A DNA stretch of 64,000 bases from Escherichia coli (GCF_013315695.1 NZ_CP054353.1), one strand, 5' to 3'; positions 11,406-22,342 are shown, counted from the stretch's first letter. A program made the numbers and translations. Notes: a model not told the origin generated them from the sequence alone.

Positions 11406-12310
11406 GATTTCGCTCCCGGTAGAGTGATGCCAGAGAAAATCTTGATAACTGCGCTATCGTCTTCTTTCCCGTAACCCGCGTTACTGGCGCTGGTGAACAT
11501 ATTCAATGCTGTTGAGGCCAATGGCAGCGGGAAGTGCAGGGCTTTGGCTGTATCGGCAACCAGACCAAGATCCTTAACAAAAATATCGACGGCTGAATGC
11601 GGGGTGTAATCGCCATCCACCACATGACGCATCCGGTTTTCGAACATCCAGGAATTTCCGGCGGCATTGGTCACGACGTCATACATCACATCCAGCGGGA
11701 TCCCCGCACGGGCTGCAAGTGCCATCGCTTCGGCTCCGGCAGCAATATGTACGCCCGCTAACAACTGGTGAATAATTTTTACGGTCGAACCTGGTCCCGG
11801 TTCTGCACCTATGCGATAAACTTTTCCGGCAACGGCTTCCAGCACGGGTGCCAGTCGTTCAAAGGCAATATCGCTACCGGAGGCCATGACAGTCATTTCA
11901 CCGTTAGCGGCTTTTACTGCACCACCAGAAACTGGCGCATCCAGCATTTCCAGATCGAATCCAGCCAGAGCGGTAGCAATTTCTTGCGCATCAGCACTAG
12001 CGATAGTGGAAGAAACCATTACTGCCGTACCGGGTTTCAGATGTTGTGCAACGCCTGTTTCACCAAACAGCACCTGTTTAACCTGGGCCGCATTGACCAC
12101 CAGCACCAGCAGAGCGTCCAGTTTTTCGGCAAACGTCGCGGCGTTATCAGAAACCCCGCAAGCACCTGCCTCTTTCAACGTAGCGCAGGCATTGCTGTTC
12201 AGGTCTGCGCCCCAGGTAGAAAGACCTGCGCGGACACATGACAGTGCTGCTCCCATTCCCATTGACCCTAAGCCAACGATACCGACATGAAACTCAGATC
12301 CCGTTTTCAT
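11402..12310 (-). CDS. ygbJ: NAD-dependent L-threonate dehydrogenase (3-hydroxyisobutyrate dehydrogenase family)
   Basis: 302 aa; N-terminal Rossmann motif GIVGLGSMGMGAA. Confidence 0.85.
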   Translation of the reverse strand: MKTGSEFHVGIVGLGSMGMGAALSCVRAGLSTWGADLNSNACATLKEAGACGVSDNAATFAEKLDALLVLVVNAAQVKQVLFGETGVAQHLKPGTAVMVSSTIASADAQEIATALAGFDLEMLDAPVSGGAVKAANGEMTVMASGSDIAFERLAPVLEAVAGKVYRIGAEPGPGSTVKIIHQLLAGVHIAAGAEAMALAARAGIPLDVMYDVVTNAAGNSWMFENRMRHVVDGDYTPHSAVDIFVKDLGLVADTAKALHFPLPLASTALNMFTSASNAGYGKEDDSAVIKIFSGITLPGAKS

Positions 12311-12475
12311 CTGCTCTCCTTGTTAATTTAAGTGATATTTTGTTTGATATTGTGAATATAAGCGCTGGAAGATAACGATATGGTGAGCTGATTCACAAAA
12401 ATTAACATTGTGTGTTATTTTATGTGAACTAAGCGTTAGTTGCGCCGCGCACGTTTCGCAGGCAAATAGCGTAGA

Positions 12476-13273
12476 ATGTCAGCAGGACAAAGGAAGGAGC
12501 AAAAGTTGATACCCGTAGAGCGTCGCCAAATCATCCTTGAGATGGTAGCTGAAAAAGGCATTGTCAGTATTGCTGAACTAACGGACAGAATGAATGTGTC
12601 ACATATGACCATTCGTCGGGATTTACAAAAACTGGAGCAGCAGGGAGCCGTTGTGCTGGTGTCCGGAGGCGTCCAGTCTCCGGGACGCGTGGCGCATGAA
12701 CCTTCTCATCAGGTAAAAACTGCGCTGGCAATGACGCAAAAAGCGGCTATTGGCAAGCTGGCGGCAAGTCTTGTTCAGCCGGGAAGTTGTATCTATCTGG
12801 ATGCGGGAACGACCACGCTAGCGATAGCACAGCATCTGATTCACATGGAGTCACTGACTGTGGTCACAAACGATTTCGTTATTGCGGACTACTTGCTCGA
12901 CAACAGTAATTGCACAATTATTCACACTGGCGGTGCAGTGTGTCGGGAAAACCGTTCCTGTGTCGGGGAAGCCGCTGCGACCATGCTGCGCAGCCTGATG
13001 ATTGATCAGGCTTTTATTTCTGCATCGTCATGGAGTGTGCGGGGGATTTCTACGCCAGCGGAAGATAAAGTCACGGTGAAACGGGCGATTGCCAGTGCCA
13101 GCCGCCAGCGAGTTTTGGTCTGTGATGCGACGAAATATGGTCAGGTGGCGACATGGCTGGCGTTACCATTAAGCGAGTTTGATCAGATTATTACAGACGA
13201 CGGTTTGCCGGAGAGTGCCAGTCGCGCGCTGGCGAAGCAGGATCTCTCTTTGCTGGTAGCGAAAAATGAATAA
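12476..13273 (+). CDS. ygbI: DeoR-family transcriptional regulator of the ygb cluster
   Basis: 265 aa from the first ATG (a TTG at 12506 would give 255 aa); HTH plus DeoR sugar-binding domain; divergent from ygbJ. Confidence 0.8.
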   Translation: MSAGQRKEQKLIPVERRQIILEMVAEKGIVSIAELTDRMNVSHMTIRRDLQKLEQQGAVVLVSGGVQSPGRVAHEPSHQVKTALAMTQKAAIGKLAASLVQPGSCIYLDAGTTTLAIAQHLIHMESLTVVTNDFVIADYLLDNSNCTIIHTGGAVCRENRSCVGEAAATMLRSLMIDQAFISASSWSVRGISTPAEDKVTVKRAIASASRQRVLVCDATKYGQVATWLALPLSEFDQIITDDGLPESASRALAKQDLSLLVAKNE

Positions 13274-13323
13274 TGGCCTGCAATAACACCGGGTTACTCA
13301 TGCTTCACAGAAGAAGCATGAGA

Positions 13324-13980
13324 CTACTTTATTTTATAAAATGACAGCCGCCCGCTTTTCGGCGATCCGGTATCAATATAAATCTGGTTAGCGAACGTCT
13401 GAGTGTTATCAAACATCATATGACCAAATATAAAGAAGTCGGCACCGTTTATTTTTTGTAATTCGCTATTAAGTGATTTCTGCACACGATCAACAGGCCA
13501 GAGTAATTCGCTCTCCGCTATTTCTTTGCCAAACTGATACTCCTTCCCCGGATAATCTGCATGTGCGATGACATATTTTATGTTGTCGTTAGTGATTTCA
13601 ATAATATGTGGAAGGTGATGAAATTTCAGCAACAGATCTATTGCCGCTTGTTGCTCTGAATCATTTAAATCGAAAAACCAGTCACCACCGCTGGCAAGCC
13701 ACATATTTCCATCGCCAGTTTCGAATGCATCCAACGCCATCGCTTCGTGGTTGCCTTTAACCGACGTAAACCAGGGCTGGTTTAACAGGCGTAGCACGTT
13801 AAGACTCTCCGGCCCACGATCAATGTTGTCGCCGACAGAAATAAGTAAGTCTTTTTCGGGGCAAAAAGAGCGTTGATGTAAGCGGGATTGTAATAATTGA
13901 TAGTCACCATGAATATCACCAACGGCCCATATATGGCGATAGTGATGGGCATTGATTTTTTGATAGCGTGTAGATGGCAT
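13324..13980 (-). CDS. pphB: serine/threonine protein phosphatase 2 (PPP family)
   Basis: 218 aa; metallophosphatase motifs GDIHGD and GNHE. Confidence 0.9.
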   Translation of the reverse strand: MPSTRYQKINAHHYRHIWAVGDIHGDYQLLQSRLHQRSFCPEKDLLISVGDNIDRGPESLNVLRLLNQPWFTSVKGNHEAMALDAFETGDGNMWLASGGDWFFDLNDSEQQAAIDLLLKFHHLPHIIEITNDNIKYVIAHADYPGKEYQFGKEIAESELLWPVDRVQKSLNSELQKINGADFFIFGHMMFDNTQTFANQIYIDTGSPKSGRLSFYKIK

Positions 13981-14085
13981 GGTTTTACCCTGTAAAATAA
14001 GATTTCCTATTATACAGGGTATTTTTATTTGATTCGTCAGTTGTCGTTAATATTCCCGATAGCAAAAGACTATCGGGAATTGTTA

Positions 14086-16647
14086 TTACACCAGACTCTT
14101 CAAGCGATAAATCCACTCCAGCGCCTGACGCGGAGTCAGTGAATCCGGGTCGAGGTTTTCCAGTGCCTCGACCGCAGGCGAAGTTTCTTCTGGTACGGAC
14201 AGCAAAGACATCTGCGTGCCATCCACTTGCGTAGCGGCGGCGTTCGGCGAAATGCTTTCCAGCTCACGCAGTTTTTGCCGTGCGCGCTTAATCACCTCTT
14301 TTGGCACGCCCGCCAGAGCAGCAACCGCCAGGCCGTAGCTTTTGCTCGCCGCGCCGTCCTGTACGCTGTGCATAAAGGCGATGGTGTCGCCGTGCTCCAG
14401 CGCATCGAGGTGCACGTTAGCCACGCCTTCCATTTTCTCCGGCAGTTGAGTCAGCTCGAAGTAATGGGTGGCAAACAACGTCAATGCCTTAATCTTATTC
14501 GCCAGATTTTCAGCGCACGCCCACGCCAGCGACAGACCATCGTAAGTGGACGTTCCACGCCCAATCTCATCCATCAACACCAGGCTGTACTCCGTGGCGT
14601 TATGCAGAATATTGGCGGTTTCGGTCATCTCCACCATAAAGGTTGAACGCCCGGATGCCAGATCGTCAGCCGCGCCCACACGGGTAAAGATACGGTCAAT
14701 CGGGCCAATCTCGACTTTTTGCGCCGGTACGTAGCTGCCGATATAGGCCATCAGCGCAATCAGTGCGGTCTGGCGCATATAGGTACTTTTACCGCCCATG
14801 TTCGGACCGGTGATGATCAACATGCGACGCTGCGGCGACAGGTTCAGCGGGTTAGCGATAAACGGCTCATTCAGTACCTGTTCAACTACCGGATGGCGAC
14901 CTTCGGTAATGCGAATACCCGGTTTATCAATGAAGGTCGGGCAGGTGTAGTTCAGGGTATAGGCCCGTTCCGCCAGGTTCACCAGTACGTCGAGTTCTGC
15001 CAGTGCGCTCGCGCTCTGTTGCAACGTTTCCAGATGCGGCAACAGCAGGTCGAACAACTCTTCATAAAGCTGTTTTTCCAGTGCCAGTGCTTTACCTTTC
15101 GAGGTGAGTACTTTGTCTTCATACTCTTTTAGCTCTGGAATAATGTAGCGTTCGGCGTTTTTCAGCGTCTGGCGACGCATATAGTTGATGGGTGCCAGAT
15201 GGCTTTGTCCACGGCTGATCTGAATGTAATAACCATGAACCGCGTTAAAGCCGACTTTCAGCGTGTCCAGGCCAGTACGTTCACGCTCGCGGACTTCCAG
15301 ACGCTCCAGATAATCGGTCGCGCCGTCAGCCAGCGCGCGCCACTCATCCAGCTCTTCGTTATAGCCCGGTGCGATAACACCACCGTCGCGTACCAGCACT
15401 GGCGGTGTGTCGATGATTGCTCGCTCCAGCAGATCGCGCAGCTCGGCAAACTCGCCCATTTTTTCACGCAGCGCCTGTACCGGAGCGCTATCGACATTTT
15501 CTAATAGTGCACGCAGCTCCGGCAGTTGCTGGAAAGCGTGACGCATACGGGCCAGATCGCGTGGGCGAGCAGTTCGTAAAGCCAGACGCGCCAGAATACG
15601 TTCCAGGTCGCCGACCTGACGCAGTACCGGCTGCAGCTCGGCGGTGAAATCCTGCAATGCGCCAATAGTTTGCTGGCGCTCAAGCAACACGCGGGTATCG
15701 CGCACTGGCATATGCAGCCAGCGTTTCAGCATACGGCTGCCCATCGGCGTGACGGTGCAGTCGAGCACAGAAGCCAGCGTATTTTCCGCACCACCCGCCA
15801 GATTCTGGGTGATTTCCAGGTTACGACGCGTCGCGGCATCCATAATGATGCTGTCCTGCTCACGTTCCATAGTGATAGAACGAATATGCGGCAGGGTCGT
15901 GCGTTGGGTATCTTTCGCATATTGCAACAGACAACCGGCGGCACAAAGTCCGCGCGGTGCGTTCTCGACGCCAAAACTGACCAGATCGCGAGTGCCAAAT
16001 TGCAGGTTTAACTGCTGGCGCGCGGTGTCGATTTCAAACTCCCACAGCGGGCGACGACGCAGGCCGCGGCGACCTTCAATCAGCGACATCTCGGCGAAAT
16101 CTTCCGCATACAGTAATTCCGCTGGATTCGTACGTTGCAGTTCTGCCGCCATCGTTTCGCGGTCCGCCGGTTCGCTCAGGCGAAAACGACCGGAACTGAT
16201 ATCCAGCGTTGCGTAGCCGAAACCTTTACTGTCCTGCCAGATAGCCGCCAGCAGGTTGTCCTGACGTTCCTGCAACAGTGCTTCATCGCTGATGGTGCCC
16301 GGCGTAACGATACGGACAACTTTGCGCTCGACCGGCCCTTTGCTGGTCGCTGGATCGCCAATTTGTTCGCAGATGGCAACGGACTCGCCCTGGTTCACCA
16401 GTTTGGCGAGGTAGTTTTCCACCGCATGGTAGGGAATCCCCGCCATCGGGATTGGCTCTCCCGCTGAAGCACCGCGTTTGGTCAGTGAAATATCCAGCAG
16501 TTGCGACGCCCGTTTTGCGTCGTCATAAAACAGTTCATAAAAGTCGCCCATCCGGTAAAACAGCAGGATCTCGGGATGCTGGGCTTTCAGCTTGAGATAT
16601 TGCTGCATCATGGGCGTATGGGCATCGAAATTTTCTATTGCACTCAT
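14086..16647 (-). CDS. mutS: DNA mismatch repair protein MutS
   Basis: 853 aa; Walker [10 protein letters not shown]; start [18 protein letters not shown]. Confidence 0.95.
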   Translation of the reverse strand: MSAIENFDAHTPMMQQYLKLKAQHPEILLFYRMGDFYELFYDDAKRASQLLDISLTKRGASAGEPIPMAGIPYHAVENYLAKLVNQGESVAICEQIGDPATSKGPVERKVVRIVTPGTISDEALLQERQDNLLAAIWQDSKGFGYATLDISSGRFRLSEPADRETMAAELQRTNPAELLYAEDFAEMSLIEGRRGLRRRPLWEFEIDTARQQLNLQFGTRDLVSFGVENAPRGLCAAGCLLQYAKDTQRTTLPHIRSITMEREQDSIIMDAATRRNLEITQNLAGGAENTLASVLDCTVTPMGSRMLKRWLHMPVRDTRVLLERQQTIGALQDFTAELQPVLRQVGDLERILARLALRTARPRDLARMRHAFQQLPELRALLENVDSAPVQALREKMGEFAELRDLLERAIIDTPPVLVRDGGVIAPGYNEELDEWRALADGATDYLERLEVRERERTGLDTLKVGFNAVHGYYIQISRGQSHLAPINYMRRQTLKNAERYIIPELKEYEDKVLTSKGKALALEKQLYEELFDLLLPHLETLQQSASALAELDVLVNLAERAYTLNYTCPTFIDKPGIRITEGRHPVVEQVLNEPFIANPLNLSPQRRMLIITGPNMGGKSTYMRQTALIALMAYIGSYVPAQKVEIGPIDRIFTRVGAADDLASGRSTFMVEMTETANILHNATEYSLVLMDEIGRGTSTYDGLSLAWACAENLANKIKALTLFATHYFELTQLPEKMEGVANVHLDALEHGDTIAFMHSVQDGAASKSYGLAVAALAGVPKEVIKRARQKLRELESISPNAAATQVDGTQMSLLSVPEETSPAVEALENLDPDSLTPRQALEWIYRLKSLV

Positions 16648-16894
16648 GGGGTTATGTCCGGTTCCCTGATATTAAATGGGGTGTGATGGTTTTTATTTTC
16701 GTTGTTATCACATAAGGCGCACATGATACCGGAGTTAATCATTTCAGGGGAAGAAGCGAACGGCGAGTTCTTGATGGTGATTCCGGGAAAGATGCTGTTT
16801 TGCAGCTTTTGCGTGATGCTTATGAAGCAAGTACGCAAAATTGCGTCGGTTGAATAAACCTCCTCCTTCAGAGCCATAGTCCCCTTTCAAATTA

Positions 16895-16917
16895 AGTTGT
16901 AATATAAATACACCTTA
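16895..16917. promoter_or_regulatory. Putative NsrR operator upstream of ygbA
   Basis: aagttgtaatataaatacacctt resembles the 11-1-11 NsrR inverted-repeat consensus; sits about 17 bp upstream of the ygbA ATG. Confidence 0.4.
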
Positions 16918-16933
16918 AGAGTATGGAGGCAGC

Positions 16934-17278
16934 ATGTCCGGCAAGCGTATCTCTCGTGAAAAACTGACGATTAAAAAAATGATCGATCTTTATCAAGCGA
17001 AATGCCCGCAGGCGTCAGCAGAGCCGGAGCATTACGAGGCGTTGTTTGCTTACGCGCAAAAGCGGCTGGATAAATGTGTGTTCGGCGAAGAGAAACCAGC
17101 CTGTAAGCAGTGTCCGGTGCACTGTTACCAGCCAGCAAAGCGTGAAGAGATGAAACAGATTATGCGTTGGGCCGGGCCGCGAATGCTGTGGCGTCATCCG
17201 ATCTTAACCGTGCGTCATCTCATCGATGACAAGCGTCCGGTGCCGGAGTTGCCAGAAAAATATCGTCCAAAGAAATAA
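16934..17278 (+). CDS. ygbA: conserved small Cys-rich protein YgbA
   Basis: 114 aa; ggagg RBS 6 nt upstream; position between mutS and fhlA. Confidence 0.8.
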   Translation: MSGKRISREKLTIKKMIDLYQAKCPQASAEPEHYEALFAYAQKRLDKCVFGEEKPACKQCPVHCYQPAKREEMKQIMRWAGPRMLWRHPILTVRHLIDDKRPVPELPEKYRPKK

Positions 17279-17282
17279 ATCT

Positions 17283-17305
17283 GCCGGAGAGCCATACTCT
17301 CCGGC
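17283..17305. terminator. Hairpin terminator between ygbA and the Mop gene
   Basis: gccggagag-ccata-ctctccggc (9-bp stem); a U-rich tract follows on the minus-strand transcript. Confidence 0.6.
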
Positions 17306-17316
17306 AAATAAGGCGT

Positions 17317-17745
17317 TTACGCTTTGGTGGCAATCAGGATGGCTGATGCTTTGATCAATGCAATAACGCGCGAGCCAGTGGTGAGTTTCATTTCATCCTG
17401 ACTTTCATTTGTTACCACTGCCACAATTTCAAAACCCGCATCCGTTTTGATATGGACAGTGGCGTTCACTGCGCCTTCGGTGATTGTCGACACGCTGCCA
17501 GCAAACTGGTTGCGAGCAGAGAATTTCAGTCCACAGTCTTCCGTTGCCAGTGTTACCCACGGGGCTTTAATCAGGGCAATCGCTTCTTTCCCTTTTGCCA
17601 GACCAAGAGCCTGCTGGCTGCTGTGTGTAACAATTGCCACCAGCTTTGCACCACCTGCCAGCGTCAGTTCTACTTCATCATTCACAGCGCCCATTGCTAC
17701 TGCGCTAACTGTTCCGGTTAATTGATTTCTTGCTGAAACTGCCAT
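17317..17745 (-). CDS. di-Mop (tandem TOBE) molybdate/molybdenum-pterin-binding protein
   Basis: 142 aa from the ATG at 17745, which has a perfect aaaggagg RBS 4 nt upstream; two ~70-aa halves each starting SARNQ(L/F)xG(T/S)VS; begins 44 bp after the fhlA stop. Confidence 0.75.
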   Translation of the reverse strand: MAVSARNQLTGTVSAVAMGAVNDEVELTLAGGAKLVAIVTHSSQQALGLAKGKEAIALIKAPWVTLATEDCGLKFSARNQFAGSVSTITEGAVNATVHIKTDAGFEIVAVVTNESQDEMKLTTGSRVIALIKASAILIATKA

Positions 17746-17789
17746 ACTGCCTCCTTTCATTGAATGTTGATCGAGTATAACCACATCTG

Positions 17790-19868
17790 TTAAATCAATG
17801 CCGATTTATCAATTCCCAGTCGCTTCATCCGTGACAGCAGAGTCGTGCGTTTCAGCCCCAGACGTTGCGCAGCGCCTTTAGGCCCGGCAACCACGCCGTT
17901 TGTTTCTTTCAGCACGCGAACAATCAACTGATATTCATCTTCGCCCTCCTGGGCGACAACCGTTGCGGCAGGCGGCGTTTCAGGTTCTGGTAAAGCAATA
18001 TCTGGCAATGACAGCTGCAGCACGTTGCCGCGTGTTAGCAATACCGCGCGCTCGATGACGTTTTCCAGCTCACGCACGTTGCCCGGCCATTCCATGTTGC
18101 TCAGGATGCGCAGCGTCTCGGCAGGAATGCTGTCGATATTGCGCCCCAGACGACGGGCAATTTTGAAGGTAAAGGCTTTCGCCAGCAGCGGAATATCTTC
18201 CGGACGCTCGCGTAGTGGCGGCAGGTGGATCGGGAATACGTTCAGGCGGTAATAGAGATCACTACGGAACTCTCGGTCGGCGACCATTTTTTTCAGATCG
18301 CGGTTAGTCGCGGCAATTAAACGTACGTCCGTCTGAATGATTTTGTTGCTGCCGAGGCGTTCAAACTCCTGTTCCTGTAATACACGCAGCAACTTCGGCT
18401 GTAACTCCAGCGGCATATCGCCCACTTCGTCGAGGAACAGGGAGCTTTTATCCGCCAGTTCAAAACGACCAATGCGCTGGGCGCTGGCACCGGTAAAAGC
18501 CCCACGCTCATGACCAAACAGATCGCTCTCCAGCAATCCGGCAGGCATCGCCGCGCAGTTCATTTTTACCATGCGGCGATTATTACGCCCACTGAGATTA
18601 TGGATAGCACGGGCAATCAGCTCTTTACCCGTGCCAGTTTCACCGAGGATCAGCACGGTACTGTCACTTTGCGCCACCATTTCAACTTGTTTAAGCACGC
18701 TGTACATGGCTTCGCTGCGGCCAATAATCTCGCCAAATTCACTATCAACATTGTTGAGCTGCTCGGTCAGGGCGAGGTTTTCATCAACCAGCCGTTCTTT
18801 CAGACGATGGATTTCCTGATAGGCGAGGGCGTTATCGACAGCGATTGCCACACGTTCGGCAATCTGGCGCAGTAAATTCAGATTGGTAGTGGTAAACACT
18901 TTCTCTTCGCATTGCGCCAGTTTCAGCACGCCCAGCATGGTGTCGCCAGACATCAGCGGTAACAGGCACAAGGTTTGAATCTGGTTGCCCCAGGTGTCGA
19001 ACAACATGCGTTCATAGGGGGCTAAATCGTCCCGCTCGTGGAGATTAATCAACAGCATCTCTTTACTTTTGAAGACGCGTTCGGTGAGGGTTCCGGCTTC
19101 ATCGACTTCGCTCTGTTCGTGGGCGGGATGCTGTTTATCAAGATAGTGAGTGGAGTAGATGTTGAGTTTGTTTTTACGGTGGCTGCGTAAGACGATGCTG
19201 ATATCGTCAATGTCGAAGTAGTAATGGATTTCTTTGGCGACTTCGCTGACCAGTTCGTCCATATCCAGGCGGGAAAGCACCGCGTTGGTAATGGCAACCA
19301 GGATGCGGAAGTTATCGCGCTCCCGGCATAACAACTCATAGTCGACATTGTTAACGACGCGGCTCTGGATTTGTTCGGTGACGACCGAAACGATCTGCGT
19401 AAATGTTTGCAGACGATTGAACTCTTTTTCGCTCCAGGGGCGATCGTCATAACGAATAAATTCACAGCCACCAAAAATATGCCCTTCCGCCGCCAGTGGC
19501 ATCAGGCAATAGTGACCAAATTTGGGGTATAGTCCACCTGCGGCCAGCTGCGGCCAGGTTTCACAAAATTCTTCGTAACTGCAATGCAGCGTATCAGGGC
19601 GCGACAAAATGCTGCGTACCGGACCGTGTGCCAGAACAGTTTCGTCTTCATATTTAATGGGGGTGTCTTTTTCACGCGACGCGTAATAAGACGCACGTTG
19701 AGTCTGCGCTTGCCACAACACAATAGCCGCGTTGTCGGCGAGCGCAGAACGCTTTACCAGTTGCGAAAGAGCCTCACACAGCGAGGCCAGATCGGGCTGC
19801 TGCAATAGTGTCCGAGTGATGTCGAACAACCCTTGTTGTCCGAGATCACTCATCGGTGTATATGACAT
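17790..19868 (-). CDS. fhlA: formate hydrogenlyase transcriptional activator (sigma-54 enhancer-binding protein)
   Basis: 692 aa starting MSYTPMSDLGQQGLF; GAF domains, AAA+ core with GETGTGKE and GAFTGA, C-terminal HTH. Confidence 0.95.
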   Translation of the reverse strand: MSYTPMSDLGQQGLFDITRTLLQQPDLASLCEALSQLVKRSALADNAAIVLWQAQTQRASYYASREKDTPIKYEDETVLAHGPVRSILSRPDTLHCSYEEFCETWPQLAAGGLYPKFGHYCLMPLAAEGHIFGGCEFIRYDDRPWSEKEFNRLQTFTQIVSVVTEQIQSRVVNNVDYELLCRERDNFRILVAITNAVLSRLDMDELVSEVAKEIHYYFDIDDISIVLRSHRKNKLNIYSTHYLDKQHPAHEQSEVDEAGTLTERVFKSKEMLLINLHERDDLAPYERMLFDTWGNQIQTLCLLPLMSGDTMLGVLKLAQCEEKVFTTTNLNLLRQIAERVAIAVDNALAYQEIHRLKERLVDENLALTEQLNNVDSEFGEIIGRSEAMYSVLKQVEMVAQSDSTVLILGETGTGKELIARAIHNLSGRNNRRMVKMNCAAMPAGLLESDLFGHERGAFTGASAQRIGRFELADKSSLFLDEVGDMPLELQPKLLRVLQEQEFERLGSNKIIQTDVRLIAATNRDLKKMVADREFRSDLYYRLNVFPIHLPPLRERPEDIPLLAKAFTFKIARRLGRNIDSIPAETLRILSNMEWPGNVRELENVIERAVLLTRGNVLQLSLPDIALPEPETPPAATVVAQEGEDEYQLIVRVLKETNGVVAGPKGAAQRLGLKRTTLLSRMKRLGIDKSALI

Positions 19869-19941
19869 TTTGTTCTTCCAGGAAAGCACCGCAAAGCGGT
19901 GCAAAAGGTCATTGACTAACTATAGGAGATTTAGAATTTTA

Positions 19942-20952
19942 TTAGCATATACGCGGAAGCGGTTCGGCGTGTGGTAAATCGAGGGTTCGTTTCACGCCAT
20001 ACAGACCGGCAAGACGAACACCTTTACGTTCCACCACTTCACCAATCAGCGCCGCGTCTTTTCCCAATGGATGGGAATGTAACGCCGCCAGCACTTGCTC
20101 TGCTGCGTTGCGTTCAACGGCGATCACCAGTTTGCCTTCGTTGGCAAAATTAAGGGCGTCCAGTCCCAGCAGTTCGCAAACGCCGCGTACAGCAGGTTTA
20201 ACCGGCAGTGCCGCTTCTGAAATTTCAATACCACAACCGCAGGCTGCCGCGAACTCATGAACTACCGCGTTCACTCCACCACGGGTGGCATCACGCAGCG
20301 CTTTCACGCCGGGAATGTCACGCAGCGTCTGAATAACCGGCGTTAGTACCGCACAGTCGCTTACCAGTTCGCCATCCAGCCCCAGCTGCTCACGCAGGTT
20401 AAGGATAGTCGCCCCGTGGTCGCCGAGAGTTCCACTCACCAGCAGAACATCGCCTGCGGTTAGCGTTTGTGCGCCCCAGTGAATATTCGCCGGAATTGCG
20501 CCCATGCCAGCGGTGTTGATAAACAGTTTATCTGCCGCGCCGCGCTGCACCACTTTAGTATCGCCAGTAACGATGGCAATGCCTGCCGCGCGGGCGGTTT
20601 CTGCCATGCTGGTCACTACGGCTTTCAGTGTCTCCATCGGCAATCCTTCTTCGAGGATAAAGCCACAGGAGAGATAGCGCGGAATAGCGCCACTGACCGC
20701 AACGTCATTCGCGGTGCCGCAAATCGCCAGCTTGCCGATATTACCGCCAGGGAAGAACAGCGGGTCAATAACGTAACTGTCGGTGGAGAACGCCAGACGG
20801 TCGCCTTCCGCCACCAGTTGTGCCAGATCAAGGCGCGCCTGGTCTTCCTGTTCTGCCAGCCACGGATTGGAAAAAGCTTCCATAAACAGGCTGTTGATTA
20901 ATTGCTGCATCGCCTGGCCGCCGCTGCCGTGGGCGAGTTGGATATTATTCAC
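19942..20952 (-). CDS. hypE: hydrogenase maturation protein HypE
   Basis: 336 aa; AIR-synthase-like; C-terminal PRIC. Confidence 0.9.
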   Translation of the reverse strand: MNNIQLAHGSGGQAMQQLINSLFMEAFSNPWLAEQEDQARLDLAQLVAEGDRLAFSTDSYVIDPLFFPGGNIGKLAICGTANDVAVSGAIPRYLSCGFILEEGLPMETLKAVVTSMAETARAAGIAIVTGDTKVVQRGAADKLFINTAGMGAIPANIHWGAQTLTAGDVLLVSGTLGDHGATILNLREQLGLDGELVSDCAVLTPVIQTLRDIPGVKALRDATRGGVNAVVHEFAAACGCGIEISEAALPVKPAVRGVCELLGLDALNFANEGKLVIAVERNAAEQVLAALHSHPLGKDAALIGEVVERKGVRLAGLYGVKRTLDLPHAEPLPRIC

Positions 20953-22070
20953 GCTTCACTCTCCTGCTGACGATACTGATACCACGCGGCGCATGCTCCT
21001 TCGGAGGAAACCATCAGCGCGCCAAACGCGGTTTGAGGATTACAGGTGTTACCAAACAGCGGGCATTGATGCGGCTTACATTTGCCCGTTAATACTTCGC
21101 CACAACGTGCGCGCGGGTCATCGCAGACCTGCTGCGGTGCCGGGCGGAAATGCGCTTCGGCATCGAATCGTTGATAATCCGGCGTCAGGTGTACACCAGA
21201 AGATTCAATCACGCCTAAGCCGCGCCATTCGCTGTCGCCGTTGACACAGAACACATCGGCAATCGCCTGTTGCGCCAGCAGGTTACCGGCATCCGGCACC
21301 ACCCGACGATACTGATTCTCTACCTTGCTGTGGGCTGCTATTTTCTGCTCCACCAGCATGACCACGCCTTGCAGTAGATCAAGCGGTTCGAAACCAGCCA
21401 CCACCAGCGGACGATGAAAATCGCTGGCGATAAAATTATAGGCGTCGGTGCCGATAACCATACTGACGTGGCCGGGCGCGAGGAACGCGTCGATACCGTT
21501 ATCCGGCTGTTCCAGCAAACTGCGCAGTGTTGGGATGAGCGTAATGTGCTGGCAGAAGAAGTAAAAATTCTGCACATCGCGGGCTTTTGCCTGTTGCAGA
21601 GTGATGGCGGTGGTCGGCATGGTGGTTTCAAAACCTAAGCCGAAGAACACCACTTTGCGGGTTGGATTCTCCTGCGCCAGTTTTAACGCATCCATTGGCG
21701 AGTAAACGATGCGCACATCGGCACCGCGCGCTTTTGCCTGTAACAACGACCCCTGTTTCCCTGGTACGCGCATGGCGTCGCCAAAGGTACAGAAGATGAC
21801 TTCCGGATGGCTGGCAATCTCCACGCAGGTGTCGATTCTTCCCATCGGCAGTACACATACCGGGCAACCCGGACCGTGGATAAACTCAACGTTCTCCGGC
21901 AGCAACTGGTCGAGGCCGAATTTAAAAATGGCGTGGGTATGACCGCCACACACTTCCATAATCCGCAGAGGGCGTTCGGCGGTGTAAGAGAGATGTGAAG
22001 CACGTTCGCGCAGATGCTCAATTAACTGCATCACCTGTTCCGGCGCGCGATATTCATCAACAAAACGCAT
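20949..22070 (-). CDS. hypD: hydrogenase maturation protein HypD
   Basis: 373 aa; conserved CGxH and CPVC motifs. Confidence 0.9.
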   Translation of the reverse strand: MRFVDEYRAPEQVMQLIEHLRERASHLSYTAERPLRIMEVCGGHTHAIFKFGLDQLLPENVEFIHGPGCPVCVLPMGRIDTCVEIASHPEVIFCTFGDAMRVPGKQGSLLQAKARGADVRIVYSPMDALKLAQENPTRKVVFFGLGFETTMPTTAITLQQAKARDVQNFYFFCQHITLIPTLRSLLEQPDNGIDAFLAPGHVSMVIGTDAYNFIASDFHRPLVVAGFEPLDLLQGVVMLVEQKIAAHSKVENQYRRVVPDAGNLLAQQAIADVFCVNGDSEWRGLGVIESSGVHLTPDYQRFDAEAHFRPAPQQVCDDPRARCGEVLTGKCKPHQCPLFGNTCNPQTAFGALMVSSEGACAAWYQYRQQESEA

Positions 22071-22342
22071 TATTTTTCCTCGCCATACAACAGCGCACCG
22101 ACATCCGGCTCAACGTCAAACATGTTTTGTAAGGCGTCGAGAGTGTCGCGCGCTTCGGCTTCATTAATTACGCTCATGGCAAAGCCAACGTGAACCAGTA
22201 CCCACTGGCCCACGCGTGGCTGACCGTTTTCATCGCAGCTGCCGACTAACGTTAAATCGACATCGCGCTGAATGCCGCAGACGTCGACTTTCGCCTGGTT
22301 GCCGTCAATGGTGCGGATCTGGCCGGGAACGCCTATGCACAT
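22070..22342 (-). CDS. hypC: hydrogenase maturation chaperone HypC
   Basis: 90 aa starting MCIGVPGQI (start at the internal ATG of the track ORF). Confidence 0.9.
   Translation of the reverse strand: MCIGVPGQIRTIDGNQAKVDVCGIQRDVDLTLVGSCDENGQPRVGQWVLVHVGFAMSVINEAEARDTLDALQNMFDVEPDVGALLYGEEK

Noticed and set aside
16644-16877. 77-aa minus-strand ORF in the mutS-ygbA intergenic region
   Set aside because: Overlaps the mutS start and promoter region, no RBS, no recognisable domain; the region is better explained as promoter/operator DNA.
17746-17784. Longer (155-aa) version of the Mop ORF starting at GTG 17784
   Set aside because: The internal ATG at 17745 has a perfect aaaggagg RBS at optimal spacing; the GTG lies only 3 nt after the fhlA stop with no RBS.
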